Source: Mobula hypostoma
Taxonomy: Eukaryota
Assembly (NCBI RefSeq): GCF_963921235.1
Contig: NC_086111.1
Location: 38,750,001 to 38,814,000 of the forward strand
Direction of reading: 5' to 3'
DNA length: 64,000 bases
The position numbers and the translations under genes are program-made. The notes below the pieces were generated by a model that saw only the letters and a program-made list of their open reading frames with translations, was not told the origin of the DNA and made no database searches. Each line of letters begins with the position of its first letter. The stretch's first letter is position 1. Positions 26,101-38,330 of this stretch are shown one piece after another.

Positions 26101-28427
26101 TTTCCTTAATAGTTTTTTTATTATGTGTTGAAATGTGCTGCTACCATAAAACAACAGATTTCATGACATTGCTTAGTGACATTAAACCTTATTCTGATTC
26201 ACTCATTTGGTAGATCTCATCTTCCCCTGAGAGGACAGGTTTAGGGGTCTTGCCTTTTTTGTTGCTTTTTGCAGAGCTCCTGCAATCACGAGTACAGGGC
26301 TGACTAAATGGAACTGCTAGCTTTTGCCCATCATTTTGGTATGTTTGTATTGTAGCATTCAACCTCTTATTAGTCATTTGCTGTCCTGGCATTTTTAAAA
26401 CTTTGCTTAATTTGATTATTGAAAGCTGAGAGTGTTGATCAATGTTTTTGAGATTAAGACAGTATTAGTTTTGTTATGTGACAGTGTATATGAAAAATGT
26501 CCTTACTAGATTTGTATGGATTACTATCTGCATATTCTGGGTTTAAGTCGTAATCTTCAAGCAAAATAGGATAGAATTCTTCGTCTGAATACCAGGTAAA
26601 TACTCTTAACTACTGAAAAAGTGTGAAACCACAAAGAAAGTCCCACAGTTAACCTTGACATTTCGGACACTGTCTGCCAGGGAGCAAAACCATAGTTTCA
26701 CAAAGGCCTACATTGAGAGGTCACTTATTAGTGATGCTTTTGCTGGCTGTCTAAAAGCTAGGCTTGCCTGTCTGTTAAACTCCAACCACTGTGTAAACAT
26801 TCTTCTGTTGCTCCTGGTTTCCACAATGGCCTAAGGGATCAGGTTTCACCTGCCTGCACATCTTCAAGCAATTATATCAATTAGTTTGAAGTCATTTTTC
26901 ACATTTGAGGTCTACAGTGGTATTCAAGATGGGTGGAAAATTCAAAAAGACATTTAATTCATACAACTGAATATTTAAACCACTTTTGACATTTTACAGA
27001 CACAAATGGTTGCTTCATATGCTCTTTTAAAATATTTATTTCAGTTGAATTAAACAACATTACTGTGATATTTGAATGCAAAATTATGATCAGCATGAGA
27101 AAGCAGGTTCCAAGGGGAATGAACTTTTTTTTGTCTTTTTCGCCATAACTGAGAGAAAATATCTCTTCCACTCTATTTCACAGAATTCCTTGCTTTAGTA
27201 TAATTTGATGTTACTTCTGATATTAGACATACTGCTGAATATGGCTTTTCTCACATTATTTATGCATTAAATAAAAGGATTTCATAGTAAACATGATTTG
27301 TATTGGAGTACAGTACTGCATCTTTTAAAATCTCTTTTAATAAGTATTTTAAAATAAATTTTGCATTAAAATACATTTTGCATCCCAGCACATGTTAATT
27401 TTTATTATATTCACCTTTTAAATGATTGTTCTAGGGAAATGTACATAAAAAGTTCTACTAATATCAATTGAATAACTAACCAGATTTTTTTTCTGCTTGT
27501 CACTTTGCTGTCCTTTCTATAATTACTGTAAACTTAATTTTGACCATCCCTGATTTAACAGAGGACTTCAGTCTGATTTCCCAAGAGGCTTTGTAAGAAA
27601 ACGCTGTAGGCTAAATTATGAATTGGAATTTTTAGGCTCCTTAACCCAATACACTTGTTTCCAGGTTATGTTAAATCATTACTGTCTTAGCAAAATGGCC
27701 AACAGTTAAGTGCAGCTACATCTGTTTGGATCAGTATCAATCTGTATTGCCTCAGAGGATGCTTTATGTCTTACAACCCAGATCTAGCATCGTGTGTTAT
27801 CCAGTTGAATTATTGAGAGGTAGTTGTTGAATTGCTAAAGAAAATTTATTATCAAAGTGTATTAGTGTTACCATATACAAATTTGAGATTCATTTACTTG
27901 CGGGCATGCACAATCAATCCAAGAACCACAGTAAAATCAATAAAAGACCGCATCCAACAGGACACACTGTTTCAAGAGGTCGAGAATTAGTTAAGATCTT
28001 GATGAGGATTACATTTGTCTTTCCAAATGACAGCAAGGCAGAATTCTTGAATGCAGAAGTTCCAGATTTGTTGATCACTTAATTTCCTGTGCAACTCAGT
28101 AGGTGAATGGTTCATGGATCACCTGTGCATAATTACTAATTTTTTCCAATGCTTAATTAGTGTTGAGTAGTTTTAGGATGGGCCTGATGGAAGGCAAAGA
28201 TGGAGACTTGGCATATCTACCTATCATGATTTTACCTGCTGTCAATAGACATCATGGCCCACAGGTCTGACTGCATTTACAGTTGCAAATCTTCGTCAGT
28301 GTTCAAAGCCTTGCCATTTTGGATATGGACTTGCTTTAAGATAGTTTAGTCTTCTGCAGGCAAACCAGATAATACTAGCTGTAAGGCCATCAGGAATTAT
28401 CCTCTCTGAGTTTGGCTTTGTTCCAGT

Positions 28428-29938
28428 TTAAGGTGGTGCTGCCGAACACATGTGACAGCTTTCTGATGTTCAAACAGCTAAGAACTCAGACTAAAAACAT
28501 CACTAAAAATACCCTTTCTGAGATAAATTCTGTTAAATTAACACCCTGAACAGTGAAGGGCCGAGTGATGTCGAGGGGAGTTCGGGCGATGAGCCCAGAT
28601 GGTCTGTTGTAGAATCCTTGCAGATGGAGTTCCGATGCCCGTACAATTGGCCTTGGATGTGACATTAGATCACTCTGGGCACTGGAAGGAGAGGGCAGGG
28701 CCTGGGCAGAGAAGTTCCGATGCCTGAACAACTGGCCTGGATGTGACATTAGATCACTCTGGGCACTGAAAGGAGAGGGCAGGGCCTGGGCAGAGAAGTT
28801 CCGATGCCTGAACAGCTGCCCTGGATGTGACATTAGATCACTCTGGGCACTGGAAGGAGAGGGCAGGGCCTGGGCAGAGAAGTTCCGATGCCTGAACAGC
28901 TGGCCTGGATGTGACATTAGATCACTCTGGGCACTGGAAGGAGAGGGCAGGGCCTGGGCAGAGAAGTTCCGATGCCTGAACAATTGGCCCTGGATGTGAC
29001 ATTAGATCACTCTGGGCACTGGAAGGAGAGGGCAGGGCCTGGGCAGATGGAGTTCCGATGCCTGAACAGCTGGGCCTGGATGTGACATTAGATCACTCTG
29101 GGCACTGGAAGGAGAGGGCAGGGCCTGGGCAGATGGAGTTCCGATGCCTGAACAGCTGGGCCTGGATGTGACATTAGATCACTCTGGGCACTGAAAGGAG
29201 AGGGCAGGGCCTGGGCAGAGAAGTTCCGATGCCTGAACAGCTGGCCTGGATGCAAGGTTGGATCACTGTGAGCGCCAAGCTGATTTGAAGAGCTTGAGAG
29301 TGGCAACAAAATCTGGGCCCGGAGCAAGTCACTGGGTGGCATGATCTAGACCCAGTACCTGGGTCCTAGTGCGAGGCAGGATACTCTGTTTAGACAATTT
29401 AAGCACTGGCCCAGTTTGGAGGTGAGGGCCAAATTCACTCACTCTCCGTGACCTTCACCCCTCTCCCAGGCTGCTGGAGCCTTTCGCTGTTCCATTGTTT
29501 GGTCAATTTAAGTATCACCCTAGATAGACTGAAAAGACAGGGTGACAGGCTCCAGGGAGAGAGCTGATTTCACTTGTGCACCGCAATAGTCACCACCATA
29601 GTACTGAGGCTATGAAGACTACCCCGCCTGCTGTGTACTGTGCCCACGAATACAACGAATTGATAAGCGAGGCTTTGGGCCTACACCAGGTTGCTCCAGG
29701 GTTTGGATCTGAAGAGTCTGTTTTGGTTCAGAATGCTGTTGTTCGCTTCAATTGTTTGCATGGTTTATGTGTTTTTTTCTTTCTCTTGCACGTCGAATGT
29801 TGATCTTTATTGTTATTTATTTCTTTTTCTCTTTAATTGGGTTCATTTGGATTTCCTGCTTTGTGGCTACCTGTGAGCAAGCAAATTACAAGGTTGTATA
29901 ACTTATACATTCTCTGAATAATATATGTACTTGAATCT
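28428..29938 (+). mobile_element. Probable non-autonomous retroelement hosting a minisatellite
   Basis: Starts aaggtggtgc (AAGATGGCGC-like) and ends with the shared LINE-type tail (cctgtgagcaagcaaattacaaggttgtata...tgtacttgaatctt). No coding remnant recognised. Confidence 0.5.
28620..29270. repeat. Minisatellite, 84-86 bp unit, about 7.5 copies
   Basis: Unit ggatgtgacattagatcactctgggcactggaaggagagggcagggcctgggcagagaagttccgatgcctgaacagctggcct. GGATG starts at 28655, 28739, 28823, 28907, 28992, 29078, 29164 and 29248. Confidence 0.95.
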
Positions 29939-30149
29939 TATCAGAGACGAGCAAAATCACTTGGCCCTTTGTCACTGTTTGGGGGACGTGTTAGAAGGTG
30001 TTGAGGAGAAGATTGTTCATCCAATCTCAAAGCTGAAGTATGTTTTATTTTAATGGTACATAATTATATAGCAAACAATTATGTAACATACTATAGAAAA
30101 ATAAAAACAATTAACTGGCCAACCATTAAACATTATTTAATTAAAGACT

Positions 30150-30510
30150 ATTGAGGTATCTTAATAGGGTGAATATAAAGGAAGTATTCTCTTTTCACCT
30201 CTGCTTGCTTAAGAACCTAGAACCAAGGGTCACTGTTTAAAATAAAGGTTTGAGACAAATGAACAAATATTTTTCTCTCTGTTAGTTGTGATTTTTAGGC
30301 ACTCTCTTTCTCAAAGGGTTGTTGAGACAAGAGTCTGACTATTTTGAGAAAGATGTTTGGATTCTTGATAAAGCTTTGTGGTCAAAGTTTACCACTTTGG
30401 CAAGAATGCAGATTTGAAGTTACAATTGGATCATTTTTGATCTTATTTATGACAGAGCAGGGTCCAGGGACCAAGTTGTCTATTCCTTTTTCTAATTTAT
30501 TTGTCTATAT
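30150..30510 (+). mobile_element. Degenerate CR1 3' fragment
   Basis: ctagaaccaagggtcactgtttaaaaataaagg (RTRGH.LKI) and a CR1-like 3' UTR. Confidence 0.55.
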
Positions 30511-30902
30511 GTAGTCTCATAAATATTTTAAATGTAGTCTGCAGTGAATATTTTAAATTAATGTTTAAATTTATGGTTCATGAAATCTTTAAAATTATTT
30601 AAAATTTGCTAAGACATGAAACATGAAGTTGGATTCAGTAGATAACTAACCTAGTAATCTAGCCTTGGATCGAGATGTTTAACAGAGCCCATGTCTTACA
30701 CCCTCTCCGATTAAACATTGTCCAACTTATTAATGTCTTTCTTATCCCCTCTTCACCTGGCTCTACCTACCACTACACTGTTGCCCTTTGTACTGCTATA
30801 TATTGGCAACACTAAATTACCATATACTGTTATTTCATAGTAATACACACAAAATACTGGAGGAACTCGGTAAGTCAGGTAGCATCTATGGGAATAAATC
30901 AA

Positions 30903-30940
30903 CAGTCGACGTTTCAGGCTGAGGCCCTTCATCAGAACTG
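30903..30940 (-). ncRNA. Minimal hammerhead ribozyme with intact core
   Basis: Minus strand reads CAGUU-CUGAUGA-AGG(GCCUCAG)CCU-GAAA-C-GUC^GACUG. Predicted cleavage between 30908 and 30907. Confidence 0.75.
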
Positions 30941-32129
30941 GAATAGAAGGAGGAAGATGCTAAATAAAGAAGCTGGGGGAGGGGAAAGAGGACAAGCTGG
31001 AAGGTGACAGGTGAAGCCAAGTGGTTGGGGGAGGGGGCGATAAAGTAAGAATCTGGGAGGTTATAATTGGAAAAGGCAAAAGACTGGGGAACAAAGAATC
31101 TGATAGAAAAGAAGAGTGGACCATGGGAGAAAGCAAAGGAGGAGAGGTACCTGGAGGAGGTGAAAGGCAGGTGAGGAAAACAGGTGGGAGGTCAGTATGA
31201 GCAACAGAAAAAAAGGGAAGGGAGAAAATGAAAAAAAAAATGACCAGAAAGAGAAATCCACATTCATGCCATCAGGTTGAAGTCTACCTAGACAGAATAT
31301 AAGGTGTTACTCCTCCAACCTGTGAATGGCATTGTTGTGGTAGGAGAGGAGGCCATGGATGAATATGTTAGAATGGAAATGGAAATGAGAATTAAAATGG
31401 TTGGCCACATCTTCAAAGGGTCCCTACCACCAAATACATCTTTCCTCCCCCATTCTCCGCCTTCCTCACTCCGTGATACCCTTATCCATTTGTTCTTCCC
31501 CACTAATCTATTGCCTGTCTCCCTGCAAGCAACAGAAGTGCTACACTCGTCCACTCACCTCCATTCAGAGCCCAAACAGTCCTTCCAGGCGAGGCAGCAC
31601 TTCAGCTGTGAATCTTTTGGAGTTGTCTCTTGTATCTGTGCTCTTGATGTGGCCTCTGTATTGGTGAGACCTGATGTAAGTTGGGTAGCCACTTTGTTGA
31701 ACACCTCCATTCCATTTGCATAAAGCAGAATTTCCCAGTGATCAACGATTTTAATTCCTGTCCTCGTTCCAACATGTCTATTGGTCCATGGCTTTCTAGT
31801 CTCCAACCTGATGGCATGAACATCGATTTATCCTTCCGGTAATCATTTTTTTCCTCTCCCCCCACCCCCCTTTCCATTTCTTCTGCTCACTTCCCTCTTC
31901 TCCTCACCAACCTGTCACCTCCTCCAGGTGTCTGTCCTCCCCTCTCTCCCATGGTTCACTGTCCTCTCCTATCAGACTCATTCTTCTCCAGCCCTTTGCC
32001 TTTTTTAAATTATCTCCTCCCATCTTCTTACTTGACCCTTCCTCCCCACCCAATTATCTTCACCTATCATTACCTTGCCTGTCCTCCTTTCTCACCCACC
32101 CTTATTCTGGCATCTTCCACCTTCCTTTA

Positions 32130-32167
32130 TAGTTCTGATGAAGGGGCTTGGCCCAAAACATTGATTG
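32130..32167 (+). ncRNA. Inactivated hammerhead copy
   Basis: UAGUU-CUGAUGA-AGGGGCUUGGCCC-AAAA-CAUU-GAUUG; G12>A and loss of the GUC triplet, consistent with CpG decay. Confidence 0.55.
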
Positions 32168-32282
32168 TTGATTCATTTCCATCTATGCTGTCTGACATGC
32201 TGAGTTCCTCCAGTGTTTTATGTGTGTTTGTCTGGATTTCCAGCAGCTGCAGAATCTCTTCTGCTATGAAGTCCAATCTTCT

Positions 32283-32721
32283 GTCCTTGGACTCACCTTA
32301 CACCACACGCTGTCGGAGCAGTGCTGCCAGGAGAATCAAGGGCACGACCCACCCAGCCAACACACTTTTCGTTCCTCTTCCCTCCGGGAAAAGGCTCAGG
32401 AGCTTGAAGACTCGTACGTCCAGATTTGGGAACAGCTTCTTTCCAACTGTGATAAGATTGCTGAACGGATCCTGACCCAGATCTGGGCTGTACCCTCCAA
32501 ATATCCGGACCTGCCTCTCGGTTTTTTTGCACTACCTTACTTTCCATTTTTCTATTTTATATTTATGATTTTATAATTTAAAATTTTAATTTTTACTAAT
32601 TTTTACTATTTTTAATATTTAATATTTGTAATCCAGGGAGTGGGAAGCACAGAATTAAATATCACTGTGATGATTGTACGTCCTAGTATCAATTGTTTGG
32701 CGACAATCAAGTATAAAGTAT
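32283..32721 (+). mobile_element. Rex1/Babar 3' fragment
   Basis: THPANTLFVPLPSGKRLRSLKTRTSRFGNSFFPTVIRLLN* C-terminus; tail aagtataaagta. Confidence 0.8.
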
Positions 32722-33359
32722 CCCACCATCTGGTATCCAATAGGTGCTCTTACATTGCTTCCAGATTTTTCCAGTATTTCTTTTAATGAGACATCTTGCC
32801 GTCTGTGATATTCATTGGTGATAATTTTCTATAATAATTAGAAGTTACTTAGGCTGTCAGTCAGGACAGTCTACTTGATATGTGCCATATATTTGCAGTT
32901 GTGTCAATAAGTACCATAAGTAGAGGAAATATCGCACAGCACAAGGAAACCGCCTCATTTGTTTTTGCAAAAATTGGGTTTAGGTTGAAAAAGTGAATTG
33001 TGATTTAAAAACAGCTCAGTTGGTGCTTGGGTTGCATCGCATTGTTAACTTACATATAGACATGCTTTAATAGGTTATATTTGGTTGTGTTAATGCAGCT
33101 GATGCAGATTTTGTAAAAAGTTGTTTTGAAGTGGAAGATTTCAGTGCTTTTTTAAATTATTTAAAATATAAAAAATGTAATTCAGGGTTTTTTTTTACAT
33201 GTTCCTGTCATCTTTCCATTCTCTACTTTCATGTGCCCTTACATTTCTTCTTGCACCAGGCACCTGACAAAATCTGATAAGTAGCTAGTTAACTCTCTCC
33301 ACTCACTTTTTGATTACCTATTTTAGTAGATGAGCATATAGATTTCATCCATTTCTAGC

Positions 33360-34100
33360 ACATGCACTGTCACCATCCTCACCCCCACCACACTTCCATT
33401 CATTCCACCCAATGTATCATCATTGACTATTTCTACCAGCTCCACCATGATCCCACCACAAATCACACCTTCTTCTCTACCCCCTCTTCTAGTTTCTCCG
33501 GGGAGCATTCCATTCATTGCTCCTTGGTACATGGAACCCACCTCTCCCACCTTCCCCATCCCTGACTCTTTATCACCTCCCTCAGCACTAACTAGTGATA
33601 CAACCACCCCTTCCAAGTGAGGCAGAGGTTCAACTGCACCTCTACCAACCTCCTCTCTATTGCACAAGCGGTGGGGCAACCACTTGCAGAGCACCAGCGT
33701 TCTCTGTGCTGTAACCATCTCAAGCTTCCAGTTGTGCATCATCTGAAGTCTCCTTCCCACTTCTACACCAATCTTCATGCTTTGACATTCTCCACTGCTA
33801 TGGAGAGGCTTAACGCTAATGGGAAGAACATCTTGTGTTCCACTTAGATAATGTACAGTTGTATGGTATGCATTTTCCAGTTTCAGTAATCCACACTCCC
33901 AGTGCACTCCTGCTGACCTGGTTCCATCTGCTAATCTCTTCTCCCTACTGGTTCCACCTGTCACCTGCCAATTAATGTCATGTCCCATCCTTCCTTCGTA
34001 CTCCTAATCAGGGTCCCACTAACACATTCACCAGCACCTTTTCCTTCAACTGATGCTGTCTGACCAACTGTGTTCTTGCAGCTTTGTGTTTCTTGTTGGA
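33360..34100 (+). mobile_element. Degenerate Penelope-like element 3' fragment
   Basis: FQVRQRFNCTSTNL (GIY-YIG start) and LHHDPTTNHTF; C-rich pLTR-like 3' region. Confidence 0.7.
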
Positions 34101-35140
34101 AAATGAGCATCTTGTTTTATTTTGGCATTCCTGTAAACACCTTTTTCCTCTGCTACCTTTTGATCATTGGTCTGTTAAAACATTATCCCCACAAGAAGGA
34201 TGGGTAGTAAAAGAGTAACATGATTTGGACCACATAAATGTAGTTGAATTTTTCAGGGATATGTTCAGATCTAGAGCTGTGCATTTTCATGATCATTATC
34301 AGGGCTGCTTAGATAATACAATGCAGATGAACAACTAAATTATCAGTGCCTCACTTGCAGGATATGCAAATCCATTGGCCTTCAATAAAAACAAGCACAT
34401 CGACAAAATTGACAAACATCTCTACATTGCAAACAACATCTGCCCACAAGTATTTTTAGTTTGAATTATTCTATCAGCTGCAGTTTGAACAAGTGGTTTT
34501 TGGTGAGTTACTGCTTTTTAGTGCCTACTTTGACAATGAATGTTGCTACTCAATTATTAGAAATATAGTGATACATACCCTGATGTATTAAAAGTCATGA
34601 AGACTATATATTCTGAAAGCATGTTAACTTTTGAATGCCAGGTATATTTTAATATCCAGGTAATTCTAAAATTGTATTTGGGTAAATATTTAGAGGACAT
34701 AATAAGCAGCTTGTTTTTCGTTGTGTTTAACACACACCTGTGAACTCCTCATGCATCAAAATAAGAGCGTACAATGGAAGCAAGTTACAATCTTAGCTGA
34801 ATTTTTTTCTCATGTATGAAGACCACCTCATTCTAATGGTCAAAATTTACCCTGCTTTTGCCTTTTTACCGTACTTTTATAAAGCTGAGGCTTTATAAGG
34901 CATTTGTCAGACCACACTTGGAATATGTTGAGTGTTTTGGGGCCCCTTATCTAAGAAATGGCATTGAAGAGGGGCCAGAGAAGGTTGATGAGAATGATCC
35001 TGGGAATGAAAGAGTTAACATATGAGGAGCATTTGATGACTCTGGGCCTGTACTCGCTGGAGTTTAGAAGAATGGGGATCTCATTGAAACCTATTAAATA
35101 TTCCAAGGCCTAGATTGAGCACGAAAAGGATGTTTCCTAT

Positions 35141-35703
35141 CAGTGTTCGTCCATCATCAATGTCGATGAGGACCTTGACACCATTATGATGGTGTCGAAA
35201 CTAGCGCGTGATTTGGATTTAAGTGAGGGAGAGTTGCGCAGCGTCAGCCTATTCTCTCTTCCCAATTCCCATCTGGATCCAGTGGCAAGACAGAGTCGAG
35301 ACGGCTGGAGATGGGATTAGGTGCAGTGAATAACCAGGACGTCTTCTGTGTCTTGTCCTGCTCTACACGTTCCACGATGCTTGCAGAGACCGCCTTCTTG
35401 ACCGTTGGACCTTCTATTGGTCTCGTCTGCTCAATCCGCCGGAGTCTGTCTTCACATGCTGGGATAGACAACTCCCTATCTCACCAAGGATTTGAGACCC
35501 GTCGGCTACCCTCACCTGGTTTAGTCGGCTTGTCGAACCGTTGCCTGGGGTGTGGCCATTGTTGCATGCAAACAGCTACGGGGAGCCACAGGTGAGAACT
35601 GAGTGCCAGTTGGGGACCATAGGTGGACTAACCATCTTGAAAAGGACGCGACTTGTTCCCCCACCAGAGGTGCTACCCCTCCCTGACACCCCATACACCC
35701 CAG
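35141..35703 (-). mobile_element. Complete non-autonomous RTE-clade element (5' UTR fused to 3' end, no ORF)
   Basis: 10-bp TSD TGTTTCCTAT at 35131-35140 and 35704-35713. Minus strand motifs ggtgagggtagccgacgggtctcaaa, tgtcttgccactgga and ctcacttaaatccaa match recalled RTE 5' UTRs. RTE-like 3' end gatggacgaac. Confidence 0.75.
35509..35701 (-). ncRNA. HDV-like (double-pseudoknot) ribozyme at the 5' end of the RTE element
   Basis: P1 GGGGUGU (35701-35695)/ACACCCC (35553-35547); P2 CUCACCUGU/AC[C]AGGUGAG; P3 GGC/GCC; L3 starting UCCCCGU; AGGCAA junction; P4 CGGUU/AGCCG; J4/2 ACUAA with putative catalytic C at 35524. Folded by hand. Confidence 0.65.
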
Positions 35704-36659
35704 TGTTTCCTATAGTGGGGTAATCTAGGACCAAGGGGGTATAGCCACAGAATACAAGCACATCCCGCACATCCCTTTAGAACAGAAATGAGGAGGAATT
35801 TACTTAGCCATAGATTAGTGAATCTGTGAAATTCATTACCAAGGACTTGAGATTCCAGCATCTGCAGATTTCCTCGTGTTTGCATTACCAAGGACAGCTG
35901 TGTAGGCCAAGTCATTGGATATATTTAAAGCAGAGGTTGATTAGTAAGGGTGTCAAACATTACAGGGAGAAGAATGGGGATGAGAGGGATAATAAATCGG
36001 TCATGATGGAATGGCTGAGCAGACTCAATGGATTGACCGAATGGCCTAATTCTCTTCTTATGTCTTATGCTCTAAGAGGAATATTTCCCTTGCAATGTCT
36101 TAGTGATTCAATGCACTGTGTTCACTATAACAGATACATAAGCACCACAGTGTTACTGGTGTTAGACCTTAATTTGTTAAAAATTAAATGATGTAATGAC
36201 AAAAAAAATCTGAAAGAGGTGTGGCAGCATTTTCATTCCTGATTATTGTGTGCATAGTTCTTTTAAACTGAGAACAGTGTTAAATAGCAGCAAAGAGTAC
36301 GTGAGTAAGTAAATCATGATGAACCTTGATCATGATTTGGTCACAGCTGAGTCCACTTCTGGGCATCACCTTTAGAAAAGTTGTGAAGGCTTTAGAGTAG
36401 ATGCAAAAGATATCTACCAAAGTATTCTTGATTTAATTATGTGAATATTCTGGAGAAGCTGGAGCAGGGAGAAAATGTTTTAAAGGTGTTTCAGTTCCTG
36501 AAGCGTTTATGCAGCAGAAATCGGAACTGTTGTGGTAGATGAATGGGTCAAGCGTGATGACAAACATTGCACAAAAGTGATGTAAAGATATTTTTACAAA
36601 GAGAATGGTTAGATGTGTAATAGACTGCTTGGAATAGCAGATTCAATTCTAATAGTGTA

Positions 36660-38330
36660 ATAGAGTCATAGAATACTACAGTACAGAATCAGGCCCATCT
36701 ACTCCGTGCTGAACTATTGTTTTACCTAGTTCCATTGACCTGCACCTGGACCAAAGCCCTCCATACCACTTCCATCCATGTACCTACCCATATTTCTTTT
36801 AAAAGTTGAAGTCGAACCCACATCCATGACTTCTGCTGGCAGCTCATTTCACATTCTCACCACTCTCTTGAGTGAAGAAGTTCCGCATCATGTTCCTCTT
36901 TAAACATTTCACTTTTTGCCCTTAACCCATGACCTCTAGTTTTAGCCTTGCCCAACCTCAGTGGAAAAAGCCTGCTTGCATTTACCCAATCTACCCCTCA
37001 TAACTTTACAGACCTCAATCAAATCTCCCATCTGTCTTCTACACTCTATTGAATAAGGTCCTAACTTATTCAGTAATTCCCTATAACTCAGGTCATCAAG
37101 TCCTGGCAACATCCTTGAAAACTTTCTCTGCACTCTTTCAACCTTATTGACATCTTTCCTGTAGGTCAGTGACCAAAACTGCACATAATACTCCCAAATT
37201 AGGCCTCACCGACGTCTTATGCAACTTCAACATAACATCCCAACTCCTTCACTCAGAACTTTGATTTATGAAGGCCAATGTACCAAAAGCTTTCTATATG
37301 ACCCTATGTACGTGTGACACCATTTTCAAGGAACTATGGATCTGTATTCCCATGAAGTCAATGTCTAATCCTGTTTACCACCTCATCTTAAGTGCAAGTG
37401 ACTGAACCTTCTTGACCATTCTCCCGTGCGGGACCTTGTCAAGTGCCTTGGTAAAGTCCATGTAGACAATATCTATTGCCTTGACTTCATCAACTTTCCT
37501 GGTAACTTCCTTTAAAGACTATAAGATTGTTTCAACATGACCTAGCATGCACAAAACCATGGAGACTATGCCTAATCATTCCCTGCCAATCCAAATACTT
37601 ACATATCCAGTCCCTTGGAATACCTTTCAATAATTTACTCACTACCAATGTCAGGCTCATTGGCCTAGAAATGTCATAGTTTTTTAGAGAGCCTTTCTTA
37701 AACAATGGAACAGCATTAGTGATTCTCTTGTCTTCTGGCACTTCACCCACAAGGTGAACCCTAGCTTTTTGCAATAGCCTCCCATAGGGTACACAGGGAA
37801 CACCTTGTCAGGCCTTGAGGATTTTTCCATCCTAACTTTCCTCAATACAGCAAGCACCTCCTCCTCTGTAATCTGTATGTGTTCCATGACCTCACTGCTG
37901 CTTTGCCTCACTTCTATAGACTCCATGTCTGTCTCCTGATTAATTGCGGATGTGAAAATCCATTTAAGATCTCCCCCATCTCTTTTCGCTCCACGCATTC
38001 TGTAGCTGACCACTCTGATGTTCCAGAGGACTAATTCTGTCTCTTGCTATCCTCTTGCTCTTAATATATCTGTAGAATTTCTTGGAATTCTCCTTCATCT
38101 TGTCTGCTAGAGCAACCTCATGCCTTCTTTTAGCCTCCCAAAGTGCTGTCTTGAATTTCTTATATTCTCAAGTACCTAATATGCTCCCTCCTGCCTATAC
38201 CTGTGATGTGTTTCCTCCCCCTTCGTAACTAGGACCTTGAAATCTAAGGTTCTCTAAAGCTGTAATCCTTGCCTTTTATTCTGACAGGAACACGTTATCT
38301 CTGTAGTCTCAAAACTTCACTTTGAGCTTC
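36660..38330 (-). mobile_element. CR1 LINE fragment (ORF2 linker, RT and 3' UTR), frameshifted
   Basis: Minus ORF remnants NAVPLFKKG...RPMSLTLVVSKLL, HGFVHARSC and QFWSLTYRKDVNKVERVQRKF. Confidence 0.9.

Larger units (their letters stand above)
30845..32268. mobile_element. Penelope-like element with inverted 5' segment and GIY-YIG endonuclease remnant
   Basis: About 30845-31405 is inverted relative to about 31700-32268. The plus strand encodes PKQSFQARQHFSCESFGVVSCIC..., a degenerate F-C-S..VIYCI.C..C..YIGET GIY-YIG region. Hammerhead motifs at both ends. Confidence 0.85.
34885..36072 (+). mobile_element. CR1 3' fragment interrupted by an RTE-derived element
   Basis: LRLYKAFVRPHLEY, LGLYSLEFRR, RMFPIV split by the insertion, FRTEMRRN; CR1 3' UTR ending cttatgtcttatg. 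Confidence 0.85.

Noticed and set aside
28486-28983. 165-aa repetitive ORF, or a CRISPR-like array, over the 84-bp repeat
   Set aside because: The ORF exists because the unit is 28 codons without stops, and the frame breaks in 85/86-bp units. There are no unique spacers or cas genes, and the context is vertebrate.
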